Origin: a virus
Taxonomy: Duplodnaviria > Caudoviricetes
Strand: one strand, 5' to 3'
IMG/VR virus record: IMGVR_UViG_3300028733_000004
Location: 1 to 56,346 of that record
Length of the DNA stretch: 56,346 nt
Shown here: piece by piece, positions 56,026 to 56,346 of the stretch
Layout of the letters: every line of letters starts with the position of its first letter
How positions within the stretch are numbered: position 1 is the stretch's first letter
The notes under the pieces: generated by a model
The model's input: the letters and a program-made list of their open reading frames with translations, nothing else
Database searches by the model: none
Told to the model about the DNA's origin: nothing
Made by a program: the position numbers and the translations under genes

Positions 56026-56346
56026 ATGGCACGAATTAACTCAAAAGCTAAGGGATCAAAAAATGAAAGAGATACCTGTAAGTGGTGGAAAGATTGGACA
56101 GGATATGAATTTAGTAGAGTGCCCTCTAGTGGTGGGCTTAGGTGGTCCCGTACAACGGATACTACGGGAGATATCATCTGTTCAGATAACAAACACTATC
56201 TCAGGTTCCCCTTTAGTATTGAGTGCAAAAACTATAAGGAAATTAATTTTGAGCATATCCTATTGGGAACAAAGGGAGCAAAAGTCCTCCAATTCTGGAA
56301 TCAAGCTCTTGAAGATGCGGAGAGGGGGAACAAGCTTCCTATCCTA
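56026..56346 (+). CDS. Holliday junction resolvase, PD-(D/E)xK type (3'-truncated; not in ORF track)
   Basis: MARINSKAKGSKNER...RVPSSGG...GDI...IECK. Confidence 0.85.
   Translation, partial: MARINSKAKGSKNERDTCKWWKDWTGYEFSRVPSSGGLRWSRTTDTTGDIICSDNKHYLRFPFSIECKNYKEINFEHILLGTKGAKVLQFWNQALEDAERGNKLPIL

Larger units (their letters stand above)
1..56346. mobile_element. Bacteriophage genome segment (contractile-tailed myovirus of Bacteroidota, lytic-type)
   Basis: Complete head-neck-sheath-tube-baseplate module plus autonomous replication genes; no host housekeeping genes, integrase or repressor seen; Bacteroidota-type promoters. Confidence 0.95.

Noticed and set aside
55998-56192. 64-aa minus-strand ORF
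   Set aside because: Antisense to the clear Holliday junction resolvase starting at 56026
1-56346. Stop-codon reassignment, inteins or group I introns in terL, polA, helicases or recA
   Set aside because: Genes are full-length in code 11, with contiguous motifs and no intein termini

Overview
The whole window is a segment of a lytic-type, contractile-tailed (myovirus-like) dsDNA phage genome. The host is almost certainly a member of the Bacteroidota: there are TTG-N~20-TAnnTTTG sigma-A promoters, A-rich start contexts without Shine-Dalgarno sequences, and BspA-type LRR adhesins. Gene content and order resemble the Flandersviridae/Gubaphage-type group, but this is recalled similarity and was not tested. 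Layout: (1) 1-2.9 kb, early-like accessory cassettes, including an extremely acidic orphan flanked by GGCC-dense spacers and a sharply bounded AT-rich island; (2) 3.2-6.0 kb, a leftward operon with ThyX and DUF3310; (3) an atypical C5 cytosine methyltransferase; (4) 7.3-36.9 kb, morphogenesis and lysis genes (terminase, portal, protease/scaffold, capsid, neck, fibre/LRR cassette, lysozyme/holins, sheath, tube, frameshifted chaperone, tape measure, baseplate, fibre); (5) a divergent sigma-like gene; (6) 37.8-56.3 kb, replication and recombination genes (DnaB-like helicase, primase, SF2 helicase, HNH, PolA, UvsY-like, GroES, SSB, RecA, 5'-3' exonuclease, NMP kinase, SbcD/SbcC, Holliday resolvase). 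The best candidate for an undescribed system is a nucleotide-level cytosine-modification pathway. It comprises an internally duplicated dCTPase/dUTPase-like enzyme and two tandem thymidylate-synthase-fold paralogs, both carrying the dCMP-specifying Asp, directly upstream of PolA. dTMP appears to be supplied separately by ThyX. The pathway coexists with a C5-MTase-like gene, strong CpG depletion and a compositionally distinct island. All assignments come from reading motifs by eye; no database searches were run.
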